A DNA stretch of 64,000 bases from Nitrosopumilus sp. (GTDB taxonomy: Archaea; Thermoproteota; Nitrososphaeria; Nitrososphaerales; Nitrosopumilaceae), in contig OZ245003.1 in NCBI GenBank assembly GCA_965223425.1, positions 128,001-192,000 of the forward strand, given 5' to 3'. The notes beneath the pieces are model-generated. The model saw only the letters and a list, made by a program, of their open reading frames with translations, was not told the DNA's origin and did not search any database. The stretch's first letter is position 1. Each line of letters opens with the position of its first letter. The position numbers and the translations under genes were made by a program. This document shows, piece by piece, positions 29,384-40,668 of the stretch.

Positions 29384-31522
29384 ATGAGCGAAATAATATT
29401 AAAAACAGATGAAATTCCACAACAACATGTTGGGAGAGGCAGAGCAATTGTTGATCCTAAAATTATCGGGGATCAAAAATGGAATACTGGACAAATTTTA
29501 GAATTAACGTACAATAAAAAAACCCATGTAAAACTCTGGCCAGGCACACCTGAAGAATACGGTTCAGGAATTATCAAAATTGACGGAATTACAAGACAAA
29601 ATATTGGAGCAGGAATTGGTGATAAAATTTCACTAAAATCAGTTGAAGCCACAAGTGCTGAACAGGTTGTTTTATCTCCAACTGAAAAAATTGCAGCTGA
29701 AGGGTTACAGGAATACATGATTTACAACTACCTTAATCATGTCTTTACAGCAGGAGACGCTGTATCTCTTAATACACAGATGGGTAGTCGAGTTCAGTTT
29801 ATTGTAACTAGTACAAAGCCACCAAAACCAGTTATTGTTACTGAAAAAACAATCTTCAAGCTTGGCGCTATGACAAAAGCAGTAGATGCGTCTTGCCCAA
29901 GAATAACATATGACGAACTTGGAGGTCTAAAAAATGAAGTTCAAAAAATTCGTGAGATGGTAGAACTGCCCATGAGACACCCAGAGTTGTTTGACAAAAT
30001 AGGTGTAGAGGCACCAAAAGGCGTTCTACTTTACGGTCCTCCAGGCACGGGAAAAACACTATTGGCAAAAGCAGTTGCAGGGGAGACTAATGCCCACTTT
30101 ATCTCTCTTAGCGGTCCTGAAATTATGGGAAAATACTATGGAGAAAGTGAAGAGAGGATTAGGGAAATTTTTACTCAGGCTGAAGAGAATTCCCCCAGCA
30201 TCATCTTCATTGATGAAATTGACTCTATTGCCCCAAAAAGAGATGAAGTATCTGGCGAAGTTGAAAAGAGAATAGTTTCTCAACTATTGACATTGATGGA
30301 TGGAATGAAGTCTAGAGGAAAAGTAGTAGTTATTGCAGCTACCAACAGACCAGATTCAATTGATCCTGCATTAAGGCGACCGGGCAGATTTGATAGGGAG
30401 ATTGAAATTGGAATTCCTGATGATGGAGGAAGAATGGAGGTTCTTTCAATTCATACACGCGGTATGCCAATTGATGAAAAAGTAGATCTTAAACAAATTT
30501 CAAAAACAACACATGGGTTTGTAGGGGCAGACTTGGAGGTATTATCCAAAGAAGCTGCAATGAGATCTCTTCGAAGAATTCTCCCTGAGATTGATCTTGA
30601 TGAAGCTGAAATCTCTTCTGAGATTCTTCAAAAAATCCAAATCACTAGTGAGGACTTTAGAGATGCGTTAAAAGAAGTTAGACCAAGTGCACTAAGAGAG
30701 GTCCAAGTACAAATTCCAAACGTTAGTTGGGACGATGTTGGAGGTCTTGATCAACTAAAAGAAGAACTTCGCGAAGCAGTTGAATGGCCCATCAAACATA
30801 AAGAAGCTTTTGATTATGTTGATGTCGAAACCCCAAAGGGAATACTTCTTCATGGCCCACCTGGTACTGGCAAAACCCTTATTGCAAAAGCACTTGCAAA
30901 AATGACAGAATCCAATTTTATCAGTATCAAGGGACCTGAATTACTCTCTAAATGGGTTGGTGAATCCGAAAAGGGAGTCAGGGAAATTTTCAGAAAAGCA
31001 CGACAAGCAGCACCGTGTATTATCTTCTTAGATGAGGTTGATGCGCTTGTTCCACGAAGGGGCAGTGGCGGGGGATCACATGTTGCAGAAAATACTGTCT
31101 CACAAATTCTAACTGAGGTTGACGGGCTTGAAGAACTTCATAATGTCTTGATAATTGGTGCAACTAACCGATTAGACATCGTAGATGAAGCTCTGCTAAG
31201 GCCGGGCCGATTTGATAGAATCATTGAAGTTCCTAACCCTGATATCAAAGGAAGAAAACACATCTTTGAGATTCACACCAAAAAGAAACCACTTTCACAT
31301 GAGGCTGACATCGCAAAACTAGCAGAGTTAACAGACGGTTTTAGCGGTGCTGAAATTGCTGCAGTTGCAAACAGATCTGCAATAACTGCCCTTAAGAGAT
31401 ACGTTATCGGCAATGCTCAAAATATCAAAGACATTAAAATAACACAACAAGATCTGATTGACGCAATAGATAAGGTAAAGCCTAAAAAAAGAGAGGCACC
31501 AATGGCTCAATCCATAAAATAG
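29384..31522 (+). CDS. cdc48: CDC48/VAT AAA ATPase
   Basis: Two AAA modules GPPGTGKT / RPGRFDR. Confidence 0.96.
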   Translation: MSEIILKTDEIPQQHVGRGRAIVDPKIIGDQKWNTGQILELTYNKKTHVKLWPGTPEEYGSGIIKIDGITRQNIGAGIGDKISLKSVEATSAEQVVLSPTEKIAAEGLQEYMIYNYLNHVFTAGDAVSLNTQMGSRVQFIVTSTKPPKPVIVTEKTIFKLGAMTKAVDASCPRITYDELGGLKNEVQKIREMVELPMRHPELFDKIGVEAPKGVLLYGPPGTGKTLLAKAVAGETNAHFISLSGPEIMGKYYGESEERIREIFTQAEENSPSIIFIDEIDSIAPKRDEVSGEVEKRIVSQLLTLMDGMKSRGKVVVIAATNRPDSIDPALRRPGRFDREIEIGIPDDGGRMEVLSIHTRGMPIDEKVDLKQISKTTHGFVGADLEVLSKEAAMRSLRRILPEIDLDEAEISSEILQKIQITSEDFRDALKEVRPSALREVQVQIPNVSWDDVGGLDQLKEELREAVEWPIKHKEAFDYVDVETPKGILLHGPPGTGKTLIAKALAKMTESNFISIKGPELLSKWVGESEKGVREIFRKARQAAPCIIFLDEVDALVPRRGSGGGSHVAENTVSQILTEVDGLEELHNVLIIGATNRLDIVDEALLRPGRFDRIIEVPNPDIKGRKHIFEIHTKKKPLSHEADIAKLAELTDGFSGAEIAAVANRSAITALKRYVIGNAQNIKDIKITQQDLIDAIDKVKPKKREAPMAQSIK

Positions 31523-31551
31523 CCTAAATACTAAGGAAAATGACGTAAAAT

Positions 31552-31770
31552 ATGAAACTCTATCTAGACTTTGATCCATGTCAGGAATGTAATACGATGA
31601 TGGCAGAACTTAGCAGTCCTGAGATGTTATTTGCTGATGAAAAGAAAAGAGCAGATGAATCTGCAAAATTCCTTCGACATCTAACATATAATCACAACGA
31701 AGTCGTACAAGCTGTTATGAATGATCTTCCAAAACAGAAAAAAGACCAAGAGCCCGATTTTTACAAATAA
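31552..31770 (+). CDS. Hypothetical protein
   Basis: ORF with CxxC and HxxxxH. Confidence 0.65.
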   Translation: MKLYLDFDPCQECNTMMAELSSPEMLFADEKKRADESAKFLRHLTYNHNEVVQAVMNDLPKQKKDQEPDFYK

Positions 31771-31842
31771 CTCTTTTATTCTTAACAATTAGTAATTATG
31801 TTCTTATACAATATCGCTCTATCATATCTGTGAAAATATAAA

Positions 31843-32277
31843 ATGAAAGCTATCCTTTCTGGATTAATTGTAATGATTCTTCTAGTTGGTTCTCTGCAAT
31901 TTGCCTTGGCATTTGAAACTGAGCAAGAACCAAAACCTCCGGAGATCCCAGAACCAGCTCCAGAACCAGAACCAATCCCACTGCCAAACCCAGAACCAGC
32001 TCCAGAACCTTTTCCAGGAGAGACTGAATCAGAAAAAATACAACGGTTAACTGAAGAAAACACCAAACTAAAACAACAAAATACTAATCTCCAAGGAGAA
32101 ATATCAACTCTAAAAAATGAAAAACTAAGACTAGAAGCTGAAATATCAGAACTTGATGCTTTAATTGAAAATCTTGAAGAACTAGTTGCCGAACAACTTA
32201 AAGTAATATTGGATTTGGTAGATAGACTTGAAGAGGTATTATTTGAAAAAATATTTTCTCCTACAATTAGACTGTAG
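31843..32277 (+). CDS. Secreted protein with PEP repeats and coiled coil
   Basis: Signal peptide, PEPAPEP linker, heptads. Confidence 0.7.
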   Translation: MKAILSGLIVMILLVGSLQFALAFETEQEPKPPEIPEPAPEPEPIPLPNPEPAPEPFPGETESEKIQRLTEENTKLKQQNTNLQGEISTLKNEKLRLEAEISELDALIENLEELVAEQLKVILDLVDRLEEVLFEKIFSPTIRL

Positions 32278-32290
32278 ATCTTTTTAAAAC

Positions 32291-32479
32291 CTATTTTATT
32301 GATTCTAAAGAATGTCCACGGTTAGTAATCATTTGGGTGACTGCTTCTACAGTATAGTCAATACCGTGTTCTTCTTCAAAATGGGTTCTTAATTTTTCAA
32401 TTAATCCTGTAGTTTTTTCTTCATTTAAAACGAACTTACACTCAAAGCCATAGTCATCACATCTCAGTTTTAGATTCAT
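32291..32479 (-). CDS. DUF1059-like small metal-binding protein
   Basis: LRCDDYGFEC...HFEEEHG. Confidence 0.7.
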   Translation of the reverse strand: MNLKLRCDDYGFECKFVLNEEKTTGLIEKLRTHFEEEHGIDYTVEAVTQMITNRGHSLESIK

Positions 32480-32641
32480 GATTTTGTGGACAAAATTGAG
32501 CATATAAAAATCAATGATCTTTTTTCCAAATATGACGAAATTAGGCAAATAATCTAAATTCTTTCAAGCAGCACCAATATCCATTGTGGCACTGATTGGA
32601 GGAAAATCCTTAATGAGTACATCATCCCTAATTGATCAGAA

Positions 32642-32872
32642 ATGGTTTATTCATATCAAGTTGTAAAATTTCAAACTATCTCATTTGTGCAGGGAACCCA
32701 CTGGTCTCAATCAATAGGTGATAAAGGAGTTCTCTACAAATCACTAAAAGATCCATTTTCAAAACTTATCATACAGTTATCTAATGGTTCAAAAAAACTG
32801 TATCATGTTCCAAAAGACAGAACAGTTATTGTATCTAATGACACCGTTCATTTTCTAGGCGAATTAGGATGA
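32642..32872 (+). CDS. Hypothetical protein
   Basis: ORF with host-like composition. Confidence 0.6.
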   Translation: MVYSYQVVKFQTISFVQGTHWSQSIGDKGVLYKSLKDPFSKLIIQLSNGSKKLYHVPKDRTVIVSNDTVHFLGELG

Positions 32873-32875
32873 TAA

Positions 32876-33148
32876 TTATTTAAAAAATTTATCCACCTGA
32901 TCTCTATACTTTAGAGCAATCTTTCCAAAAGCTGCAAAATCTTCTACAGTTGGATTTTTCATTCTTATCGCATATTGATTGACAAATACAGATAATGCAC
33001 TACCAATAATTAGATTGTAAACACCATCAGCCATGTTTTTTGAATAAGGAAATACAACTTTGATAAAAGGCATGTATGTTTCTGTCTGAGAAATCATTAG
33101 CTTGATGTGTTCATCGACAAACTCTTCAACTTCTGATGGAATTACCAT
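32876..33148 (-). CDS. Hypothetical protein
   Basis: ORF with upstream TATA box. Confidence 0.65.
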   Translation of the reverse strand: MVIPSEVEEFVDEHIKLMISQTETYMPFIKVVFPYSKNMADGVYNLIIGSALSVFVNQYAIRMKNPTVEDFAAFGKIALKYRDQVDKFFK

Positions 33149-33243
33149 AATCTTACTAGTCTTAATTTCTTATAAATAGGAGTTAAATTGTCAGGCATGG
33201 TTTGATTCCAATCGATATTGGAAAGTGACAACTGTCTTGTTTC

Positions 33244-33458
33244 TTATTTTACAACTCGTGCAAGATATTTTCCTTTTCCTTTTCCTTTTCTGCTTCTAGG
33301 TAGACATCTTGATTGCCTATTGCAACAGGTGCAAGTTATTCATCATAACCTACAAATATTTCACAATAATTGCATCTTTTTTGTCCAGATGCATACCTGC
33401 CAACCTCTGATGGTTTTAGAGCCTTGTACTTTTTACATTTACCTGTACAACAAGTCAT
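33244..33458 (-). pseudogene. Disrupted small Cys-rich zinc-finger protein
   Basis: MTCCTGKCKKYKALKP...GRYASGQKRCNYCEIF then stop/frameshift, then CTCCNRQ.RCLPR. Confidence 0.6.
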
Positions 33459-33570
33459 TACAAAGCAAGCAGCAAAATTCTCTGAAGATAAAATGTTTGA
33501 TTGTACTGTACTCACCTTGGTAAATCCATGTCAAATAAAATTGAATTTATAACGTGAATTTTACTCTTTA

Positions 33571-33873
33571 TTGTTGCTTGAGTTAGACAGGAAAGTATTT
33601 GGTAAAATCACAACCAAGGAAATTATTGGGGCTGAGCCTCCTGCAATTCCTGACACGAGAGAAATTCTTGAAAAAGAATTTACAATTCTAATTGCGGAAT
33701 TAGGATCTCAATCAAAAACCAATCTCAAGAATCTTTTGGAGCAACAAAAAATTTTGGGAAAACATGTCAATAATAGGCCGGGTGCTATGGCCTTGGCTCA
33801 AAACAAAATCAAACTATTCAATGAATATAATGAAAAATATGTTCAAACAATCGAGGAAAAACTAGAATCCTAG
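33571..33873 (+). CDS. Hypothetical protein
   Basis: ORF, helical. Confidence 0.6.
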   Translation: MLLELDRKVFGKITTKEIIGAEPPAIPDTREILEKEFTILIAELGSQSKTNLKNLLEQQKILGKHVNNRPGAMALAQNKIKLFNEYNEKYVQTIEEKLES

Positions 33874-34868
33874 TTTTTTTTCTTTTTGGGGCGTTTTTTG
33901 TTAGAGTTTTGATTTCTTCTAATTAATAGTGAGATTATTGTGCCTGCAGGAATTCCTATAATTGTTCCAAGGCTTACATATGGCGCAATAAAGAAATTTC
34001 CAATCCAGATTCCTCCATCCGTTGTTAATTCCATAAATGTTCTAGGTCGTAGAATTATTGAAACTGTTTGTGAGTCTTCTTTTCTCTCCCCAATATCATC
34101 TGTGTATTCTACAATAATCTCAAATGGAAGTTTGTATTCCGTATTTACTTCCCCCGTTGGCGTAATGATCTGCGATGTTATTCCTATGTGTCTGCTCTTT
34201 TCTATTTTTGAAAATGTATGCAGTGTTTCGCCTCTAAATTCAATGTCCTTTGGAGGAATTATCTTTATGCCAACATCTGTAATGTCTATGTCTTCTGAGA
34301 TTATCTCAACCTCTATTGGAAACTCTGCATTAGTAAAAATTGATTCAGGTGTTTTTGTATGAATTGTAACGCTTGCATCTTCTTTTATTGTAATTGGAAT
34401 GGCGATGTCATGAAAAATCGCAGGTTGTGGCGTTTCATTATTTGCCACAAGAACTTGAGAATATTTTATGTTTAGAAAATGAATTCCAGGACTGGCATCG
34501 TTGGGAATTGACAAATCAATGTTTCCGCCATATGATCCCTCTTGTGCAAGTTTGTCTATGACAATACTGTCTGATGGGCCAGTAACCAATGCACTATCCT
34601 GATTAGAAACAACAAACGAAATATCTTGTTTATCTTCCCAGCCATTATTTTTTATCAAAATTGAAATAACGCCGTCACGTCCTACTATGATCTCATCAGG
34701 ATATGTAATTTCAATATCCATTCCGCCATCCAGATTATGAGTTATTATCTCTGCGTGAATATTTGGTAACAAAATGATGAATCCAATCACCAATGGGATT
34801 GTCCAGAGTAAATTCATACCGTATTGACTTATCTCATAATGTTTATTTTGTGTTATTGTTAGGCTCAA
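33870..34868 (-). CDS. Membrane-anchored surface protein with Ig-like domains
   Basis: Signal peptide, beta-rich domains, C-terminal TM and basic tail. Confidence 0.7.
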   Translation of the reverse strand: MSLTITQNKHYEISQYGMNLLWTIPLVIGFIILLPNIHAEIITHNLDGGMDIEITYPDEIIVGRDGVISILIKNNGWEDKQDISFVVSNQDSALVTGPSDSIVIDKLAQEGSYGGNIDLSIPNDASPGIHFLNIKYSQVLVANNETPQPAIFHDIAIPITIKEDASVTIHTKTPESIFTNAEFPIEVEIISEDIDITDVGIKIIPPKDIEFRGETLHTFSKIEKSRHIGITSQIITPTGEVNTEYKLPFEIIVEYTDDIGERKEDSQTVSIILRPRTFMELTTDGGIWIGNFFIAPYVSLGTIIGIPAGTIISLLIRRNQNSNKKRPKKKKN

Positions 34869-34930
34869 AATTTGAAAAAAAAACTTGTTGATTCATAAAT
34901 ACCAAACAACGCAGGATTCTAGAATCATAC

Positions 34931-35836
34931 ATGGTTAGTAAAACAAAAGAATTGTGCCCAAGGTGTGCGCAGGGAAAGTTAGTTACTGACAACGAATCAG
35001 GAGAAATGTTTTGCTCAAAATGTGGATTTGTGATTACTGAAAAATTACAAGAATCTGGTCCAGAATGGAGATCCTTTTCTCAAGATGAACATGGAGATAG
35101 AGCAAGAGCCGGGGCACCTACATCATTAACAATGCATGACATGGGCCTTGCAACAATCATCAACCCTGTAAACAAAGATGCTTCTGGTAGACCGCTCACA
35201 GCAACCATGAAAAGTACAATCGAAAGACTTAGGACTTGGGATAGTAGGAGTCAAGTTCATGAACCAGTAGATCGAAACTTTAGGCAAGCGTTTAGTGAAC
35301 TAAACAGGTTAAAAGACAAACTAGCAATTTCTGATTCAGTGATTGAAAAAGCAGCTTATCTTTACAGAAAAGCACTTGATAAGGGTCTTGTTCGAGGCCG
35401 CTCCATCTCAGCCTTGATGGCGTCTGCACTTTATGCTGCTTGTCGTGATACTGAAACTCCAAGAAACCTAAAAGATGTAGAGCAAGCTGCTAATATCAAA
35501 AGAAAAGATATCGCAAGGTGTTACAGGCTGTTAGTAAAAGAATTAGATCTGAAAATGCCGGTAACTGATTCAATTCAATGTGTTGCAAGAATTGCTAGTA
35601 GAATTGGAATTGCTGAAAAAACAAAAAGATATGCAGTCAAAGTACTAAAACAAGCACAAGAAAATGAAGTCTCTGCAGGAAAAGATCCAATGGGGTTGGC
35701 TGCAGCAGCATTGTATCTGTCTTGTGTACGAAATGGTGAAGATAAAACCCAGCGCGATATTGCTGAGGCTGCAAATGTTACTGAAGTGACTATCAGAAAT
35801 AGATACAAAGGCCTCAAAGACTCGCTGGATCTGTAA
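34931..35836 (+). CDS. tfb: Transcription initiation factor B
   Basis: Zn ribbon, GPEWRSF, cyclin repeats, VTEVTIRNRY. Confidence 0.97.
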   Translation: MVSKTKELCPRCAQGKLVTDNESGEMFCSKCGFVITEKLQESGPEWRSFSQDEHGDRARAGAPTSLTMHDMGLATIINPVNKDASGRPLTATMKSTIERLRTWDSRSQVHEPVDRNFRQAFSELNRLKDKLAISDSVIEKAAYLYRKALDKGLVRGRSISALMASALYAACRDTETPRNLKDVEQAANIKRKDIARCYRLLVKELDLKMPVTDSIQCVARIASRIGIAEKTKRYAVKVLKQAQENEVSAGKDPMGLAAAALYLSCVRNGEDKTQRDIAEAANVTEVTIRNRYKGLKDSLDL

Positions 35837-35936
35837 TGTTTTATTTTAAATAAAATCCATAACTTCCACTTTTCTTTTCTAGCATACTGACCTAAGATCT
35901 TTCTTTGACCTATTTCTGCCTAGTTGTATCTGCCGT

Positions 35937-37322
35937 CTATTCTCTCTGTGAGCTCTCAGGTGGTTTTTTGACAAATCCTCCCTCAACTGATTCAGGTGGA
36001 GGAATTTTCTTGGACTTGCCTAATCCGATTGTTGTAATAATTATTGATGATAAAATGATAAAGAATATGATTTGTGGATATGCATCAGCGTTTGGCAGGC
36101 CCAAAGTAATTGGATATGTAGCAAGTACCGCCGCAGCTAATCCTCTAGGAATCATAGAATTTGTTACAGCTCTGTCCAATTTTGAGAATCTTTTAGTGAG
36201 TGTTATCCTGACAACAAATGATCTTCCAAAGAAGACGGCAACAGTGACCAAAACTCCAAATATTACATATTCTATTTGTCCAAAACTTGCCATTAATCCA
36301 ACAAATACAAAGAAGAAAGATCTAACCAAAAATGTTAGTTGGTTGTGTGTGGGATCATCTACTTCAATTTTTGGCAGTTTGAATTTGAGTATTCGTGAGA
36401 GGTGGTTTTTGTTTCCAAGCATCAAGCCAAATACCAATGCTGTCAAAGCTCCAGATTCTCCAAATGAATTTGCCAGGAAGAACAGAACGAACAAGATTCC
36501 TAATGTGAGCATATATCCGTGTTGGGCATTACCGAGTTTTGTTGAAACATACATCCATGGGATTCCTACCCCAAACCCAAGAACCAAACCTACAATGACT
36601 GCCCTTCCAATAGTCTCTTGTAATGTTTGAAGATCAAAATGTCCTGCAAGTACAGCCTCAAATAATATGAACGCAACAATCATAGCTAGAATATCAGTTA
36701 GAGCGGATTCAAAACTAAGCATTGATCTAGCCTCTTCTGAAATTTTGACATTTCTAACAAGACCAAAAACAATTGCCGAGCTGCTTCCGCCAACAATTGA
36801 ACCTAGCAAAATACTCTCTAACCAAAGCCATCCTAGCGCATAATGAGCCGCAGTTGAAATAATTACAACGGATAAAATAAAACCAAGAATTGCAATCGTT
36901 GTTGAAAAATGTGCAGTCTTTATGATGTGTTTGATGTCTAGATTTAGTCCGCCATCAAACATGATGATGATTAGTGCAAGCGCTGCAAAATATGGCACTA
37001 CCTGGATAACAGCTTCTGGTTGAATTATTCCAAAGACAGGTCCTATAATTACTCCAAGAATCATCAGGAATGCTATATCTGGAACACCCGTTTTTTTGAA
37101 GAACGCCTCTCCTGCCACTCCAAGTAAAATTACTACTCCTGCTGCCAGTAATACTACATGAGCTGCAGCAATCGGCCCATCTTGTGTAGATAACGTTTCT
37201 ATAGAATTATGTAATTCCACAATTTTATCTAAAATCAAATTTGGATTAAAATCAGGCAATTGAAGCATGTCCTTACTTTGTCCTGCGATTAGATTCAGAA
37301 TAGAGAAAATTATGGGATTCAT
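35937..37322 (-). CDS. CPA1 cation:proton antiporter (NhaP-type)
   Basis: FDGGL, FESALTD, PRGLAAAVLA. Confidence 0.88.
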   Translation of the reverse strand: MNPIIFSILNLIAGQSKDMLQLPDFNPNLILDKIVELHNSIETLSTQDGPIAAAHVVLLAAGVVILLGVAGEAFFKKTGVPDIAFLMILGVIIGPVFGIIQPEAVIQVVPYFAALALIIIMFDGGLNLDIKHIIKTAHFSTTIAILGFILSVVIISTAAHYALGWLWLESILLGSIVGGSSSAIVFGLVRNVKISEEARSMLSFESALTDILAMIVAFILFEAVLAGHFDLQTLQETIGRAVIVGLVLGFGVGIPWMYVSTKLGNAQHGYMLTLGILFVLFFLANSFGESGALTALVFGLMLGNKNHLSRILKFKLPKIEVDDPTHNQLTFLVRSFFFVFVGLMASFGQIEYVIFGVLVTVAVFFGRSFVVRITLTKRFSKLDRAVTNSMIPRGLAAAVLATYPITLGLPNADAYPQIIFFIILSSIIITTIGLGKSKKIPPPESVEGGFVKKPPESSQRE

Positions 37323-37440
37323 TAATGACTGAATGTAAGTATATGCGGATAAAAGTTAAACTGGGACTGTTTGATATTTTTAGCCTCTATCGTTAATTTT
37401 TAGATACACATTAAATCAACCTTAACAATACTTTTCTTAC

Positions 37441-37983
37441 TTGAGTGCAACTGAAGCATTACGCGAAGATCACAAACAAATTAAACGCTTGGAGAAAATA
37501 ATCATAAAATGTTATACAGAACTTTATGCGGGAAAAAATATTCCTTTATCTGATATAGATAAAATCACATTAGTTATTGAAGAATTCTTAGATTCAATTC
37601 ACTATTCAAGAGAAGAAGACTCTTATTTTCCTTGTGTTGCGAGTTACGATCATCTTAAAGAAGAAATCCATAAATTATTAGTAGAACATGAATTTTCTAG
37701 AAATATTTCAACACAAATCAAAAAACATCTTAAAAGATGGAAAGAAGGAGAAGATGCAAGAGAACCTGTAGCTAGATTTCTAAGAACATATTCAATATAT
37801 CTTATCGATCATATGACTAAGGAAGAAAACTTTTTTGATAAAGCTGAATCAGACGTACTCTCTAAAGAAGAAGAATACGATATGTATGAACAATTCAAAT
37901 CGGTCATGACAACTTCTAAGAAACTGGAAGATATGATCAAAGAAATTGAGTATTTGGAAAATCAATCTTGGTTTCAAAATTAA
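37441..37983 (+). CDS. Hemerythrin-domain protein
   Basis: EDH, H..REE..YFP, EH, H..KEE. Confidence 0.85.
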   Translation: MSATEALREDHKQIKRLEKIIIKCYTELYAGKNIPLSDIDKITLVIEEFLDSIHYSREEDSYFPCVASYDHLKEEIHKLLVEHEFSRNISTQIKKHLKRWKEGEDAREPVARFLRTYSIYLIDHMTKEENFFDKAESDVLSKEEEYDMYEQFKSVMTTSKKLEDMIKEIEYLENQSWFQN

Positions 37984-38019
37984 CGTAAGCTCTTTATGGG
38001 CTGTTTAGATGTTTTATTC

Positions 38020-38535
38020 ATGAAGCCTTTCATTCTTTGGATGACCGGTCTTCCTTGTTCAGGAAAGACTACCATCGTAAAAGATCTGCAAAAAGACATC
38101 CAAAATTTGGCAATGCTTGATGGTGATGAATTAAGAGAATGGTTTTCTCCAAAAGATTTTTCAAGAGCAGGACGTGATGAACACAACAAGAAAGTTGCCC
38201 ATTTGGCCAAGCTTTTGCTTAATCATGGTGTTCCAAGTGTTGTATCTCTAGTATCTCCATATGTTGAGAACAGACAAAATGCTAGGGAGATTGTTGATGC
38301 AGGCGATCAGTTTGCAGAGTGTTATGTAAAATGTTCACTAGAAAAATGTGAAGAAAGAGATGTGAAAGGCATGTATGCTAAAGCAAGAAAAGGAGAAATT
38401 AAAGGATTTACAGGAATTGATGATCCTTATGAAGCTCCAGAAAATGCAGATTTAATAATTGATACAGAACACGAGCCATTATCAGAAAGCGCAAATAAAG
38501 TAAGGGGTTTTCTTAAAACAAGAGACCTACTTTAA
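38020..38535 (+). CDS. cysC: Adenylyl-sulfate kinase
   Basis: TGLPCSGKTT, LDGD, FTGIDDPYE. Confidence 0.95.
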   Translation: MKPFILWMTGLPCSGKTTIVKDLQKDIQNLAMLDGDELREWFSPKDFSRAGRDEHNKKVAHLAKLLLNHGVPSVVSLVSPYVENRQNAREIVDAGDQFAECYVKCSLEKCEERDVKGMYAKARKGEIKGFTGIDDPYEAPENADLIIDTEHEPLSESANKVRGFLKTRDLL

Positions 38536-39345
38536 TTTTTTAAATTGTGTAACTATTTTTTCATGAATTAATCCATTTGTTGCTAGAATTCCATTTTGAT
38601 GATAAACGTCTTTGTTGTTGTATGTGATATCATTTCCTAGCATATCTGTCATTTTTCCTCCAGCTTCTGAAATAATGCAATAAGATGCAGCTGAGTCCCA
38701 TTCTTTCATTTTGTTTGTAGTCGTGATATATGCTTCTGCTTCCCCCGAACTAATCTTTCCAACTTTTAATGAACTGCCTATACTTGTAAAGTCTTCCATG
38801 CCCAACTCTCTGATAAATGATTTTTCCTTATCTGATAAATGATGTCTTGATCCAACAGTTCTACATTGTGAAAGCTCTGCAATTTTAGTTACAGACATTT
38901 TCGTCCACTCGTTATTTGAATATCTAAATGCGCCACTTCCTTTTTGTGCAACAAAGAATGTTTCTTCTGTAGGCCAAGCAATAACTCCAAGAACCGGTTT
39001 TTTGTTTTTTATCAGTGCAATCATAACCGTAAATTCCCCTGTTTTGTCAATAAAATCAGAAGTACCATCAAGCGGGTCCACAATCCAAATTGTTTCCTTT
39101 GATAATCTGACTTGATCATCTTTGTCTTCTTCGGATAAAACTGCATGTTCTGTTTGTTGGAGAAACCCTTTAATGATTTCATTACTCTTAAGGTCTGCTT
39201 CTGTGATGGGAGAATCATCATTTTTTTGGAATGCCTCAAAATCTCCCTGATAGATCTCTAAAATTGCCTTTCCAGCCTCATTTGCAGCCCTGATTGCAAT
39301 ATCTAACTCAGGAATTTTATCTGATATTGGTATGTCTTTCAACAT
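38527..39345 (-). CDS. cysQ: 3'(2'),5'-bisphosphate nucleotidase
   Basis: SEE, VDPLDGT, EWDSAA. Confidence 0.9.
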   Translation of the reverse strand: MLKDIPISDKIPELDIAIRAANEAGKAILEIYQGDFEAFQKNDDSPITEADLKSNEIIKGFLQQTEHAVLSEEDKDDQVRLSKETIWIVDPLDGTSDFIDKTGEFTVMIALIKNKKPVLGVIAWPTEETFFVAQKGSGAFRYSNNEWTKMSVTKIAELSQCRTVGSRHHLSDKEKSFIRELGMEDFTSIGSSLKVGKISSGEAEAYITTTNKMKEWDSAASYCIISEAGGKMTDMLGNDITYNNKDVYHQNGILATNGLIHEKIVTQFKKLK

Positions 39346-39352
39346 AGGTTCC

Positions 39353-39559
39353 CTATGTTGTAAGTTCCGGCTTTAATGTCCAGACAACCCCTAGAACAAT
39401 AAATGGAATCGACATAATCCCTATGATGCCAAGTATGGTGTTAAACTGTGATTCTGAAACCTGTGGGTTGTTTACTATCCATGGTAATGGCAAAGTGATA
39501 ATTATCCAAATAATTCCTAAAAGTATTATTAACTTAGCTTTTGATTTCCTGTCTTTCAT
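39353..39559 (-). CDS. Small two-TM membrane protein
   Basis: Two hydrophobic helices. Confidence 0.65.
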   Translation of the reverse strand: MKDRKSKAKLIILLGIIWIIITLPLPWIVNNPQVSESQFNTILGIIGIMSIPFIVLGVVWTLKPELTT

Positions 39560-39604
39560 AACATCTCCAATTCCTACGTTGTATTAAATTCATATGAATT
39601 CATT

Positions 39605-40408
39605 TTATTGATTCCCCTCCACCCACTGCAAGTATTGCACCAGTAGTCCATATGCGTCATCTGACATAAAATATATTATAGCTTTTGCTATTTCTTCTGG
39701 TTGGCCAATACTGCCTTGGGTGCTCACCACCCATGAATTCTTTGTCTTTTTGAGTTTGTAAAAACGGTTTTGCCATATCTGTATCTGCTACTCCCGGACA
39801 CGCAATTGACTATAATTTTGTCCTTGGCATGTTCAAGTGCCCAACATTGTCAGTATAGCTAAAGCAGCTTTTGAGGCAGTGTATTATCGGCATTAAAATC
39901 TTGATGTGTCTTTAGTCCTGCATCCGACGAAATGTTAATTATCGAACCGCCTGTTTTTTCCAAATGAGGGATTGCTTCCTTGGCAAATCTAAACTGTCCT
40001 GTAAGATTACGTTTAAGACTTGATTCCATCCCAAAATCTGATTTCATGTAATTGTTTGATCTTTGGAAATATGCCGGGCATTATTTACAAGAATATCCAA
40101 TTTACCAAATTTTTCAATTGTTTTGTTTACAACTTTTTTTTAAATTCATTCCTATTTCTAATACCAGCTGCAATACCTACTGCACTAGGAATTTCAACAC
40201 TGATTTCTAATCTTTCTTGATCTCTTGCTGTAATAATTACAGTTGCTCCATTTTCTGATAAACATCTTTGCTGTAGCAAAACCTATTCCACGACTTCCAC
40301 CTGTTACTCAGATGCCTTGTCACACTTTATTGCCAAAGTTCTAGGTAGCAAAACCTATTCCACGACTTCCACCTGTTACTATGGAACTTTCCCAGATAAT
40401 CTCAACAT
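39605..40408 (-). pseudogene. SDR oxidoreductase pseudogene with many frameshifts
   Basis: Fragments VTGGSRGIGFA, GGSIINISSDAG, PGVADTDM, IGQPEEIAKA. Confidence 0.85.
40273..40380. repeat. Perfect 36-bp direct repeat around a 36-bp insert
   Basis: GTAGCAAAACCTATTCCACGACTTCCACCTGTTACT at 40273-40308 and 40345-40380. Confidence 0.95.
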
Positions 40409-40573
40409 TTTTTACATAAAAATTCGTAATTCATAGATCAATTCTGTCTCATACAGGCATAAAATATTTCATAAAAATCTATAGAAAACTATAATTTATT
40501 ATCTAAAATGTTAAATAGTTAAAGTTACTATATTAATTAATGCCGAAGGATATAATTCCTATCGACTGAAATT

Positions 40574-40668
40574 GCGTAGCCCCGCAGAACGAGAAAGGCA
40601 ATCAGACGTTATAACGTTCTGACAACGAGAGGAAATCTCTCAAAGTTCTGTAGCAAAGGGGTTTACGC
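40574..40668 (+). ncRNA. Candidate structured non-coding RNA
   Basis: Four nested stems in a GC-enriched intergenic patch; TATA-like TTAAATA at 40511. Confidence 0.55.

Noticed and set aside
35905-36630. 241-aa plus-strand ORF
   Set aside because: Antisense shadow of the antiporter
40273-40380. Functional CRISPR array
   Set aside because: Only two repeats, the repeat is SDR coding sequence, and no cas genes lie in the window; kept only as a possible integration scar
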